Part shown: positions 1-8,832 of the stretch, in pieces
Numbering within the stretch: position 1 is the first letter of the stretch
Layout: each line of letters opens with the position of its first letter
Assembly (NCBI RefSeq): GCF_000341895.1
Contig: NC_020409.1
Coordinates: 540,001-572,000, forward strand
DNA from: Pseudodesulfovibrio piezophilus C1TLV30
GTDB taxonomy: Bacteria; Desulfobacterota; Desulfovibrionia; Desulfovibrionales; Desulfovibrionaceae
DNA length: 32,000 nucleotides
Direction of reading: 5' to 3'
Program-made: the position numbers and the translations under genes
The notes under the pieces: model-generated
Databases searched by the model: none
Told to the model about the DNA's origin: nothing
The model's input: the letters and a program-made list of their open reading frames with translations, nothing else

Positions 1-1
1 G

Positions 2-1054
2 CCTGAGGATTATAAGGGGATGCAGGAAGATACTGCTGGAAAATTTTCCGGTATTGGTATCGAGATCAGTCTTGATCAAGGCCGTATAATTGTCGTCACA
101 CCCATTGAAGATACTCCCGCTGATAAAGCCGGTCTTCTTGCAGGTGATATTATCCTTGAAATAGAAGGAGAGTCGACACAAGACATGACATTGCTTGATG
201 CAGTCAAGAGAATCCGTGGAGACAAGGGAACAATCGTTCATCTGCTGATCTTACATAAGGATTCAAATCACCCTGAAGATGTTGCCATTGTTCGAGGCAC
301 CATTCCTATTATCAGCGTAAAAACTCAATCCCTTGAAGACGGCTATCTCTATTTACGCCTCACTGGATTCAAAGAGTCCACAACAAAAAATATGCGTCAA
401 GAAATTGTTGAGTATCAAAAAAAACATACCCTGAAAGGGATTGTCCTCGATTTACGGAATAACCCTGGAGGGTTACTTGGACAAGCCGTTTCCGTTGCCG
501 ATACTTTTATCGATGAAGGCACGATCGTATATATTCAGGGAAAAGATGCAAAGAATCGAAAAGATTTCTTTGCTGCACGAAATTCGGATGATGTGCGCGT
601 CCCTCTGGTGACGATCATTAATGCAGGTTCGGCCTCAGCTTCGGAAATCGTAGCAGGAGCCTTGCAGGATCATAAACGTGGGCTGATTGTTGGTGAACGA
701 TCTTTTGGTAAAGGGTCGGTACAAACAATCATTCCAATGGCTGACGGCACAGGAATCAAATTGACCACGGCACTTTATTACACTCCTGCTGGACGTTCTA
801 TTCAGGCTCGTGGAATTGACCCCGATTTGAGAATACCATTTATTGCCCCAGTTAAAGATGACGAGAAAGCGATGCGGGACCGTCTGACGATCAGAGAAAA
901 AGATTTGAATAGACACCTCGAAAATGGCAATAAAACCAAACCTCATTCTGACAAAGATGCTGAACAGGCCCACGACAGACTCGCAAGGGATAACCAATTA
1001 AGAATGGCGTTGGAACTTGTAAAAAGTCTTCCTAAATTCAAAGCGTTAAAATAA
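2..1054 (+). CDS. ctpA: C-terminal processing (S41, tail-specific) peptidase. It is 5'-truncated by the window edge, and the frame stays open back to nt 2.
   Basis: PDZ-like GIGIEI...GDIILEIEG, S41 catalytic-serine motif GSASASEI, and a lysine region SFGKGSVQT. The frame is open upstream of the first Met (PEDYKG-MQEDTAGKFSGIGIE). Confidence 0.85.
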   Translation, partial: PEDYKGMQEDTAGKFSGIGIEISLDQGRIIVVTPIEDTPADKAGLLAGDIILEIEGESTQDMTLLDAVKRIRGDKGTIVHLLILHKDSNHPEDVAIVRGTIPIISVKTQSLEDGYLYLRLTGFKESTTKNMRQEIVEYQKKHTLKGIVLDLRNNPGGLLGQAVSVADTFIDEGTIVYIQGKDAKNRKDFFAARNSDDVRVPLVTIINAGSASASEIVAGALQDHKRGLIVGERSFGKGSVQTIIPMADGTGIKLTTALYYTPAGRSIQARGIDPDLRIPFIAPVKDDEKAMRDRLTIREKDLNRHLENGNKTKPHSDKDAEQAHDRLARDNQLRMALELVKSLPKFKALK

Positions 1055-1070
1055 GGGATCCCCTTCTCCC

Positions 1071-2291
1071 ATGGAAGAACACTCCCAGGAAGAGACAAAA
1101 AATGAACAGACCGGGCTGAAGAAGCTTTTGAGGAAGCTCTATCAGCCCGGTCCTCTCATATTGCTGTTTATTGCTGCATTTGGCGCATTAGTAATGCTCG
1201 CTGTTCATATTTTGACCCAAACTCCGCCTCCTCCACCGGTGGTTATGACGCCACAACCGTACACTCAACGGGTGTATGAAGAGGAGAGTTCTTTCACGTT
1301 GGAAGATCAGGTCAAAGTTGTAGATTTAGGCATCATCAAGACAATGCAATCCATGAAAATTGCGATGTCTCAGTTGGATCTTCTCAGTGTTGAGATACAC
1401 AAGCGTGAGGGGGAAAATTTCCATTACCAAGTGTTACAACTTCCTTCTCCCCCAGAATACTCTCTCTTTCTCAAGACATTGAGAGGTTACCTGCAACAGC
1501 AAGCCCCAAATGCAAATATAACTCTTACCAATGATCAAGAGTTGGTGATTACCATTGAAGGGCTTCCTACTCATAAACTTTTATTTGAAAAAAAACCTGT
1601 CCCTCTTTCTCGCCAATCGGAAAGCCTTGGCCCTAAAATGGTTATCGTTATTGATGATATAGGTGAGAACATGAAAGTTTTACATGGGTTGGTGGCTCTC
1701 GATTTCCCGATCACCTTGGCAGTTTGGCCGCATGCATCGTTCACACGTCAAGCAGTGAAACTCATTCGTGAAACCCAACATGATCTCATTATTCATTTTC
1801 CGATGGAACCCATGGGGTATCCCAAGTACAACCCTGGCGAAGATGCCCTTTTTGTTACGATGAGTGCCAGTGAAATTCGCGCTCAAATAGCCCTTAATCT
1901 TTCTCAAATCCCAGAAGCTATCGGTGTCAATAACCACATGGGGTCGCGCTTCACTTCTGACAAAAAAGGCATGAAAATAGCGTTATCCGAATTTAAACAA
2001 AAAGGTCTTTTTTTTCTCGATAGCCTGACGACGTCTCAAAGTGTCGCAAAATCAATTGCTTCTGAAGTTGGTATACCTTTCTATGAGCGCGATGTTTTTA
2101 TTGATAACATTAAAAATATTGATGCGATTATCCATCAGCTTAAAAAAGCTGAAAAAGTGACACTTAAGCAGGGGCACTCCATTGTGATTGGGCATCCGTA
2201 TCCGCAAACTCTTGCCGCACTCCAAAAATGGAGCAAGGGCAGAAATAAAATGATTCAACTTATATCGTTGTCACAACTACCACCACAATAA
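1071..2291 (+). CDS. Divergent polysaccharide deacetylase family protein (YibQ-like), N-terminally membrane-anchored
   Basis: An N-terminal TM segment (PLILLFIAAFGALVMLAV) is followed by VIVIDDIG and IIHFPMEP motifs typical of the YibQ/DUF610 family. Its position directly after ctpA is a common arrangement. Confidence 0.75.
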   Translation: MEEHSQEETKNEQTGLKKLLRKLYQPGPLILLFIAAFGALVMLAVHILTQTPPPPPVVMTPQPYTQRVYEEESSFTLEDQVKVVDLGIIKTMQSMKIAMSQLDLLSVEIHKREGENFHYQVLQLPSPPEYSLFLKTLRGYLQQQAPNANITLTNDQELVITIEGLPTHKLLFEKKPVPLSRQSESLGPKMVIVIDDIGENMKVLHGLVALDFPITLAVWPHASFTRQAVKLIRETQHDLIIHFPMEPMGYPKYNPGEDALFVTMSASEIRAQIALNLSQIPEAIGVNNHMGSRFTSDKKGMKIALSEFKQKGLFFLDSLTTSQSVAKSIASEVGIPFYERDVFIDNIKNIDAIIHQLKKAEKVTLKQGHSIVIGHPYPQTLAALQKWSKGRNKMIQLISLSQLPPQ

Positions 2292-2479
2292 AAAATATAC
2301 GTTATTTTTTGTTTTTAAGACTCAAAAGGAAATAGCAAGTTGCTCATTTTCTTGATTTTGATTGTCATATTAAAATGTTATATAAAAGATAAGAAAAACT
2401 TGAGATTTTATTAAGATGAAAACGGCTCAGTTGGATAAGCAAATGTTGCCATATTGGCAGAGCGCGTGTAACAAATAGT

Positions 2480-2506
2480 TAAGTGAATTCAATTTTATGC
2501 CGAAGA
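2480..2506 (+). promoter_or_regulatory. Candidate sigma-28 (FliA)-type promoter upstream of fliM
   Basis: TAAG-N15-GCCGAAGA compared with the consensus TAAA-N15-GCCGATAA. It lies about 105 nt upstream of the fliM ATG in a 320-bp AT-rich spacer. Confidence 0.3.
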
Positions 2507-2611
2507 GATTAATATATACGGACTACTTTTTGCTAGTTGTTTCACTGAGTTCAAAATTTCGACATATGTCCTCCCCTTCTTAGGGGATTAAATGAATGAG
2601 GCGATTCCTAG

Positions 2612-3589
2612 ATGAGCAAAATCCTCGAACAAGATGAAGTTGATGCCCTGCTCCGAGGACTTTCAGGCGGGGATGTCGAGACAGAGACTGAAATACCAGA
2701 AGATGATTCTGGTGTGGTTGCTTTTGACCTTGCAAATCAGGACAGGATTATACGAGGTCGTATGCCTGTCTTGGAGATCGTTAATGACCGTTTTGCACGG
2801 CTCTGCACAAATGCCCTCGCAAATACCATGCGCAAACGTGTCGATATCAATCCAATTTCTATTGATATGTCAAAGTTTGGCGACTTTATGCGCTCACTTC
2901 CGGTACCAACATCTATATCCATTTTTAAAATGGACCCCTTACGCGGAAATGCTCTACTGGTAGTGGATTCGCGTTTGGTCTTTGCTCTTGTTGAAAACTT
3001 TTTCGGCGGTGCAGGGAGCCAACCGAAGGTAGAAGGACGAGATTTTACTCCCATTGAGCAAGCTATTGTTGAACGTGTCGTTAAAATCGCTTTGTCCAAT
3101 ATGGAAGAATCGTGGAAACCTGTTCACGAAGTGCATGTCGAGTTAGTTCGTACGGAAGTAAATCCACAATTTGCAGCGATAGTCCCTCCGTCGGATGTTG
3201 TTATTGTAGTTACCTTCGAAGTGGAACTTGAAAATGCCATCGGCTCGCTTATTGTTTGCCTCCCCTATGCAACAATGGAACCTATCAGATCAAAATTGCA
3301 TGCCTCATTCCAGTCTGAGCGCTTGGAAGTTGATCATGTTTGGATAAATCGTTTTAAAGAACGGCTTATGGAAACCCCTGTAGAGATGGTTGTACGCATG
3401 GGAAGGACTACTATTAGCGGACGCCAACTTCTTTACTTGCAGGAAGGGGATATTATTCTTCTTGATACTGACGAAGATGAATTACTTGAGGCAGAAGTCG
3501 AAGGAGTTCGTAAATTTCATGGACTGCCGGGTAGAGTTAAAGGCAACAAATCCTTTCAAGTTATCAAGGAAGAAGAAATCCGTTTTTAG
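2612..3589 (+). CDS. fliM: Flagellar motor switch protein FliM
   Basis: N-terminal CheY-P binding motif LEQDEVDALL, FliM middle domain and a C-terminal SpoA-like region. 325 aa. SD GAGG lies upstream of the ATG. Confidence 0.9.
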   Translation: MSKILEQDEVDALLRGLSGGDVETETEIPEDDSGVVAFDLANQDRIIRGRMPVLEIVNDRFARLCTNALANTMRKRVDINPISIDMSKFGDFMRSLPVPTSISIFKMDPLRGNALLVVDSRLVFALVENFFGGAGSQPKVEGRDFTPIEQAIVERVVKIALSNMEESWKPVHEVHVELVRTEVNPQFAAIVPPSDVVIVVTFEVELENAIGSLIVCLPYATMEPIRSKLHASFQSERLEVDHVWINRFKERLMETPVEMVVRMGRTTISGRQLLYLQEGDIILLDTDEDELLEAEVEGVRKFHGLPGRVKGNKSFQVIKEEEIRF

Positions 3590-3613
3590 GAGTTCCGAGT
3601 TTACCTTTTCTGA

Positions 3614-3646
3614 GGGAGGCCGTATCATTCGGCCTCCCTTGCTTTT
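3614..3646 (+). terminator. Rho-independent terminator after fliM
   Basis: Stem GGGAGGCCG / CGGCCTCCC (9 bp, 7-nt loop) followed by TTGCTTTT. Confidence 0.7.
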
Positions 3647-3717
3647 AAAGTTAAGTATTCTTGAGTGATAAATTTTCTATGTATTTTTTGGACTTTATAT
3701 AATTAGGAGTGTTTTTC

Positions 3718-4668
3718 ATGAGAAAAATCATTTTGATCACGTTGGCTATACTTATGTTTGCTTCAAGTGCATTCGCAGGTAAAAATTATACCATATCCAT
3801 TACTCAAATTGTTGAGCACCCGTCCCTGGATGCCATGCGCAATGGTTTTCTTGACCGCCTCAAAGAAAAGGGAGTGGATGTAACAGCTAACGTCCATATT
3901 GCTCAAGGAAACGCTGCCACCAATGTTCAGATAGTCAGTCAAATGCGAGGTGAAAATCCAGATCTTATTCTTGCAATTGCCACGCCTGGCGCCCAAGCGG
4001 CAGCCCAAAAAATAAAAGACTGCCCTATTCTCTTTACTGGAGTGACTGACCCCGTTTCTGCTGGCCTTGTCCATGATTTGAAGAATACACATGGCCGAAA
4101 TATAACAGGTATGTCCGATTTCAGCCCTATGGATAAACATGTTGCTTTAATCAAAGAGGTTGTTCCAAGTGCTCAATCTGTTGGAGTTATCTACAATGCT
4201 GGAGAACCCAATTCTGTCGCATTAGTACAAAAACTGCGTGAAGAAATATTGAAATCACATTTGAAACTCGAAGAGGCGACCATAGCTAATTCAAGTGGCG
4301 TTTACCAAGCAGCAAAAAGCCTTGTTGGAAAAACAGATGTTATCTATATTCCAACCGATAACACCGCAATCTCCGCCTTGGAATCTGCTATCAAAGTTTG
4401 TAGGCAAAACAAATTACCGCTTATTGTAGGAGATGTAGACTCCGTGGAACGTGGCGCGATTGCCGCTGTTGCAGTCGATTACTACAAAATGGGTTTGCAA
4501 ACAGGAGATATGGCATATAAAATCCTAGTCGAAGGCATTCAACCAGCTGATATGCCAATTGAATTTCTCAATGATCTTAATTTGCATATTAACAAAACAG
4601 CTGCTGCTTCCATGGGGATAACTTTGCCTGATGATCTTATCAAACGAGCATCCAAAGTTATTCAATAA
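3718..4668 (+). CDS. ABC transporter substrate-binding protein (ABC_sub_bind / COG2984 family), secreted
   Basis: Signal peptide MRKIILITLAILMFASSAFA. Family-typical ITQIVEHPSLD start of the mature protein. AGGAG at 3705-3709 supports ATG 3718 rather than the track's GTG 3709. Confidence 0.85.
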   Translation: MRKIILITLAILMFASSAFAGKNYTISITQIVEHPSLDAMRNGFLDRLKEKGVDVTANVHIAQGNAATNVQIVSQMRGENPDLILAIATPGAQAAAQKIKDCPILFTGVTDPVSAGLVHDLKNTHGRNITGMSDFSPMDKHVALIKEVVPSAQSVGVIYNAGEPNSVALVQKLREEILKSHLKLEEATIANSSGVYQAAKSLVGKTDVIYIPTDNTAISALESAIKVCRQNKLPLIVGDVDSVERGAIAAVAVDYYKMGLQTGDMAYKILVEGIQPADMPIEFLNDLNLHINKTAAASMGITLPDDLIKRASKVIQ

Positions 4669-4708
4669 AACACACTTGATTTGCGTATTTATGGGATTCA
4701 TTATAAAA

Positions 4709-4739
4709 GGCGCGTTGCTGCAAACGCGCCTTTTTCTTT
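4709..4739 (+). terminator. Intra-operon hairpin/terminator between the SBP gene and the permease gene
   Basis: GGCGCGTT-gctgca-AACGCGCC followed by TTTTTCTTT. Confidence 0.7.
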
Positions 4740-4789
4740 GATATCGGTTCGTTGTATATATTGACAGTTAATAAAAATCAGGAACATCA

Positions 4790-5683
4790 ATGACAAGTTA
4801 TGCACTGTTCGGGGCTATTGAACAGGGTTTTGCCTACGGACTTATGGTTATTGGAGTTTATCTCACCTTCAGAGTCCTCGACTTTCCAGATTTGACGGTT
4901 GATGGAAGTTTGCCTCTCGGGGCGGCTGTATCTGCTGTAGCCATCACATCAGGTTATTCTCCCGTACTGGCCATTCTGCTGGCTGCTTGTGCCGGCTTTA
5001 TTGCAGGATCAATCACAGGAATATTGAATACAAAATTCAAAATACTTCATCTTCTTTCGTCCATCCTGACCATGATAGCACTCTACTCTATCAATCTTCG
5101 CATCATGGGGCGTCCTAATATGACCTTGCTTGGGCAAGATACTATCGTGGATTGGTTTATCGAAACCACAGGGTTGCTTCCGCATCTATCGACACCGGCA
5201 TTATTTTTTATCATCTGTGCCTGTGCTGTGACTCTTTTAATATGGTTCCTTCACACAGAACAGGGATTAATTTTTCTTGCTACAGGCGACAACAAGCAAA
5301 TGATTACAAGTCAAGGTGTCAACACTGACAACGTCATTATTTTTGGTGTTGGCCTTTCAAATGCTCTTGTCGCAATATCGGGTGCTCTTGTCGCACAAAA
5401 TCAAGGAGCGGCTGACGTCAATATGGGGGTGGGGACAATCATTGCAGGACTCGCTTCCGTTATAATCGGTGAGACCATTTTTGGAGATAAGACAATATCA
5501 CGAGCCCTTATCGCAGCTCTTCTGGGATCAGTACTCTACAGGATAGCTATCGCACTTGCTTTGGGACTAAAACTTGGAGACTTTGCAATTACACCAAGTG
5601 ATTTGAATCTTATTACAGCATTGCTCGTAATTATTGCACTCGTCATGCCCAGAGTGAAGCAAAAGTTCATGGCCAGGAGCTAG
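4790..5683 (+). CDS. ABC transporter permease (COG4120 / branched-chain-type BPD_transp_2 fold)
   Basis: Polytopic hydrophobic protein of 297 aa. It sits between the cognate SBP and ATPase genes. Confidence 0.85.
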   Translation: MTSYALFGAIEQGFAYGLMVIGVYLTFRVLDFPDLTVDGSLPLGAAVSAVAITSGYSPVLAILLAACAGFIAGSITGILNTKFKILHLLSSILTMIALYSINLRIMGRPNMTLLGQDTIVDWFIETTGLLPHLSTPALFFIICACAVTLLIWFLHTEQGLIFLATGDNKQMITSQGVNTDNVIIFGVGLSNALVAISGALVAQNQGAADVNMGVGTIIAGLASVIIGETIFGDKTISRALIAALLGSVLYRIAIALALGLKLGDFAITPSDLNLITALLVIIALVMPRVKQKFMARS

Positions 5684-5685
5684 AA

Positions 5686-6480
5686 ATGATCAATATTTCA
5701 AAAATAAATAAAGCCTTCCACCGAGGCGATGTTAATGAAGTGACTGCATTGAATGAAGTCAGCCTTAAGGTCAATAAAGGGGACTTTGTTACCATTATTG
5801 GTTCAAACGGAGCAGGTAAATCTACGTTTCTCAACGCGATTGCTGGCTCTTTTACACTTGACACTGGGACTATAACACTGGCGGAACATGATATAACAAA
5901 ATGGGCAGAGCATAAACGGGCATCGCTCATAGGACGAGTATTTCAGGACCCTCTTCTTGGAACTTGTGCCGGAGCAACGATAGAACAAAATTTAGCCATG
6001 GCCCTCAAGCGAGGGCAACGCCGAGGGTTGCGTTTTGGCGTCAAAAAAAAGGACCGTGAGTTCTTTCAGGAAAAACTCTCTGTTCTCAAGTTGGGGCTTG
6101 AAGAGAGACTCAAAACGCAAACAGGTCTTCTGTCTGGAGGGCAAAGACAAGCGTTAACAATGCTTATGGCTACCCTTGTCCGCCCACACCTTTTATTACT
6201 CGATGAACATACGGCAGCCCTAGACCCAAAAACGGGTGGCATGATTCTCGATTTAACAGAAGAAATAGTTTCATCTCTCAACCTGACAGCCTTAATGGTC
6301 ACTCATAATATGAACCAGGCCATCACAATGGGAAATAGACTAATTATGTTTCATCGCGGTGAAATTGTTCTTGATATTTCCGGTGATGAGAAAAAAAATC
6401 TCAAGGTCGAAGATCTTCTGCTGCGGTTTTCACAGCTGCGTGGTGAAGCAGAAATTTCCGACCGCATGTTATTGTGCTAG
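5686..6480 (+). CDS. ABC transporter ATP-binding protein (COG1101 type)
   Basis: Walker A GSNGAGKST, signature LSGGQRQ, Walker B LLLLDEHTAALD. AGGAG lies 6 nt upstream of the ATG. There is a 2-nt gap from the permease gene. Confidence 0.9.
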   Translation: MINISKINKAFHRGDVNEVTALNEVSLKVNKGDFVTIIGSNGAGKSTFLNAIAGSFTLDTGTITLAEHDITKWAEHKRASLIGRVFQDPLLGTCAGATIEQNLAMALKRGQRRGLRFGVKKKDREFFQEKLSVLKLGLEERLKTQTGLLSGGQRQALTMLMATLVRPHLLLLDEHTAALDPKTGGMILDLTEEIVSSLNLTALMVTHNMNQAITMGNRLIMFHRGEIVLDISGDEKKNLKVEDLLLRFSQLRGEAEISDRMLLC

Positions 6481-6558
6481 GGTTATTTTTCCGGATAGCC
6501 CACCTTGTTCACTGGCGATTACACGCCATTAGATTAAAAAGACATAATGGAGGCTTCA

Positions 6559-6981
6559 ATGGCAATCGAAAAAACTTTTTCCATCATTAAACCAGATGCA
6601 GTTGAGCGTGGACTTATCGCTGAGATTCTTAAGATGATCACTGATACCGGACTGAAGGTCAAAGCTATGAAATTGATTCACATGGATCGCCCGCAAGCTG
6701 AAGGATTTTATGCAGTTCACAAGGAACGCCCTTTCTTCAATGAATTGGTTGAATATATGATCTCTGGCCCAGTTGTTGTGAGCTGCCTTGAAGGTGAAAA
6801 TGCTATTGAAAAGTATCGTACCTTAATGGGATCGACTAATCCAGCTGATGCGGCTGAAGGAACTATTCGAGCGGCTTACGGCATAGATATTCAAAACAAT
6901 TCATGCCATGGCTCAGATGGTCCGGATACGGCTAAAATAGAGGTAGCCTATTTCTTTAACGATGATGAATTGGTGGGATAA
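6559..6981 (+). CDS. ndk: Nucleoside-diphosphate kinase
   Basis: [15 protein letters not shown] start and active-site [12 protein letters not shown] at 6549-6553 favours ATG 6559 over the track's 6547. Confidence 0.95.
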   Translation: MAIEKTFSIIKPDAVERGLIAEILKMITDTGLKVKAMKLIHMDRPQAEGFYAVHKERPFFNELVEYMISGPVVVSCLEGENAIEKYRTLMGSTNPADAAEGTIRAAYGIDIQNNSCHGSDGPDTAKIEVAYFFNDDELVG

Positions 6982-7781
6982 TGACTAAACGAATCGGGTT
7001 CATTGGTGTCGGGAATATGGGAACAGCCATTATCCGGGGTTTGGGCACTCGCAATGATTTAGAATTGCATGGTGTGGACCACAATGAAACCAGACTCGGA
7101 GAATTGGGAAAAGAGTTTGGGCTGAGCTCTCAAGCGTCTGCACAAGAATTAGCCCAAGTATGCGATATAATCGTCATTTCGGTAAAACCTCAGCACGCAG
7201 AGTCTGTGGTAAAAAGAATTACTCCAGAACTGAATAGTTCCAAATGTCTTATTTCCATCTGTGCAGGTATCGCTCAAGCACAGTTAAAAAAATGGTCCGA
7301 CTCTTTGTGCCCGATCGTTCGTGTCATGCCAAACACTCCCGCTCTTGTTAATAAAGGAGTTTCAGCAGTTTGCCTGGAAGATTCAGACCTGACTGAAGAA
7401 ATGAAAAAGCTCATACCTTCTGTGTTTGAGGGGATAGGTCAAGTCCACATCCTCCCAGAAAAACAGTTTGATGCTTTCACCGGTGTTATTGGTTCTGGTC
7501 CGGCATATGTTTTCTATTTTATGGAAGCAATGGTCGAAGCCGGAGTGGCGCTTGGCCTAACCAGAATACAGGCAACAGAAATGGTAAAAGGCCTCTTTAC
7601 AGGCTCTGCCACTCTAGCCAATGAAAGCTCCTTCTCTGTGACTCAACTTCGCGAGATGGTAACCTCACCAGCAGGAACAACTATCAGGGCTCTAATGCAT
7701 TTTGATAGACAATCTGTTCGTGGTGATATTATGGATGGAATTTTTGAGTCATATAAACGAAGTAAAGAATTGGGAAAATAA
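6981..7781 (+). CDS. proC: Pyrroline-5-carboxylate reductase
   Basis: Rossmann motif IGFIGVGNMG plus MPNTPALV and SPAGTT motifs. The start overlaps the ndk stop (TAATG). Confidence 0.9.
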   Translation: MTKRIGFIGVGNMGTAIIRGLGTRNDLELHGVDHNETRLGELGKEFGLSSQASAQELAQVCDIIVISVKPQHAESVVKRITPELNSSKCLISICAGIAQAQLKKWSDSLCPIVRVMPNTPALVNKGVSAVCLEDSDLTEEMKKLIPSVFEGIGQVHILPEKQFDAFTGVIGSGPAYVFYFMEAMVEAGVALGLTRIQATEMVKGLFTGSATLANESSFSVTQLREMVTSPAGTTIRALMHFDRQSVRGDIMDGIFESYKRSKELGK

Positions 7782-7782
7782 A

Positions 7783-7806
7783 TGAAAGGCTCTCCGGAGC
7801 CTTTCA
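7783..7806. terminator. Shared hairpin between convergent proC and cbiB (likely a bidirectional terminator)
   Basis: TGAAAGGCTC-tccg-GAGCCTTTCA (10-bp stem). There is a T-rich run on the minus-strand side (TTTATTTT) and a weaker one on the plus side. Confidence 0.55.
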
Positions 7807-8784
7807 TTATAAAAGGAATCGTAGCCAGGGTAGTATGACAATAAAAAGACAAGAGACGAGATAGCCCGTTGATTTACTGATAAGAAACAATTCGCTAATC
7901 ATTTCTTTTGTCCACTTCTGTCCTCTCGGCCCAAGGATAGGTTTTTCTTTTATCTCTCCAAAATAAACGGTTCTCCCCCCCATTTGACCACCTAATAACC
8001 AAGCCGTGGCTGCCATTGGCCACCCTGCATTGGGGCTTTCCATTTTTCTAGCATCTGAAGGAAAAGACTGCACAGCCTGAACAGACTGTAATTTCCTCAG
8101 TCTCCCTATCATTAACAAGCTATAAGCAGTTATCCGTGCAGGAAAGAAAGCAAGAATATCGTCTATTTTAGCTGCGGCGTATCCAAGGATCCTATATTTT
8201 TCAGTCTTGTACCCCCACATTGAATCCATGGTACTGACAACCTTGTATACCCAGAGTCCTTCAGGGCCAAGAAGGGTGAGATAAAATAAAGGAGCGACGA
8301 AACCATCATTCAGATTTTCACTCAAAGTCTCTGCAAGAGTCTGGCGAATTCCATCTTCATCGAGCGTAGTCGTATCGCGGCTTACCAACATCGACAGTTC
8401 TTTTCTTGCACCATTCAAGTCTCCAATCTCAAGTTGATGAACAACTTTTCGACTTTCTTGAACTAAACATCCCAATGCCAAGCCTGCATAACTCAGATAA
8501 ATAGATAACAAAAATCCAAGATACGGAAGTGCTGTAAGAAAAGCAACGAGGCTCCAAGCTCCAAGAGTGAGTAAAAGTAGTGTTACCCATCCCGCAATAT
8601 ACAAATCAAGCTCTACACGTCGTATTAGTTTTTCTAAAGAATTCAATATCTTGCCTATCAGTCGAACCGGGTGTGGAAAATTTTGAGGATCACCCAAAAC
8701 AGAATCAGCAAGAACTGCTAGAAGTGGAACCGAAAATGTTACTAAAATTGTTCCCAGAGTCACTGTCGAACTTCCCTTAGGCAA
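7807..8784 (-). CDS. cbiB: Adenosylcobinamide-phosphate synthase CbiB/CobD. The start is uncertain: TTG 8784, or GTG 8763 preceded by AAGGGA.
   Basis: LGDPQNFPHPVRLIGK and ESPNAGWPMAA motifs in a polytopic membrane protein. Confidence 0.85.
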   Translation of the reverse strand: MPKGSSTVTLGTILVTFSVPLLAVLADSVLGDPQNFPHPVRLIGKILNSLEKLIRRVELDLYIAGWVTLLLLTLGAWSLVAFLTALPYLGFLLSIYLSYAGLALGCLVQESRKVVHQLEIGDLNGARKELSMLVSRDTTTLDEDGIRQTLAETLSENLNDGFVAPLFYLTLLGPEGLWVYKVVSTMDSMWGYKTEKYRILGYAAAKIDDILAFFPARITAYSLLMIGRLRKLQSVQAVQSFPSDARKMESPNAGWPMAATAWLLGGQMGGRTVYFGEIKEKPILGPRGQKWTKEMISELFLISKSTGYLVSCLFIVILPWLRFLL

Positions 8785-8816
8785 AAAGAAAGGCCGGAAA
8801 GTTTTCTTTCCGGCCT
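8783..8816 (-). terminator. Rho-independent terminator after rpoD
   Basis: Read on the minus strand: AGGCCGGAAAG-aaaa-CTTTCCGGCCT followed by TTCTTTTT. Confidence 0.7.
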
Positions 8817-8832
8817 AGAAACAGGATATTTC

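Noticed and set aside
2424-2470. tRNA-like fragment: GGCTCAGTTGGATAAGC resembles a tRNA D-arm and is followed by a TGCCA-tat-TGGCA hairpin.
   Set aside because: The D-stem does not close (GCTC vs AAGC). The hairpin loop is 3 nt rather than a 7-nt anticodon loop. There is no GTTCGAATC-type T-arm and no acceptor-stem pairing. At most it is a chance resemblance or a decayed remnant.
2455-2470. Sigma-54 -24-like element TGGCAG upstream of fliM.
   Set aside because: The GC dinucleotide of the -12 element is absent at the required GG-N10-GC spacing (the bases there are GT), and there is no TTGC.
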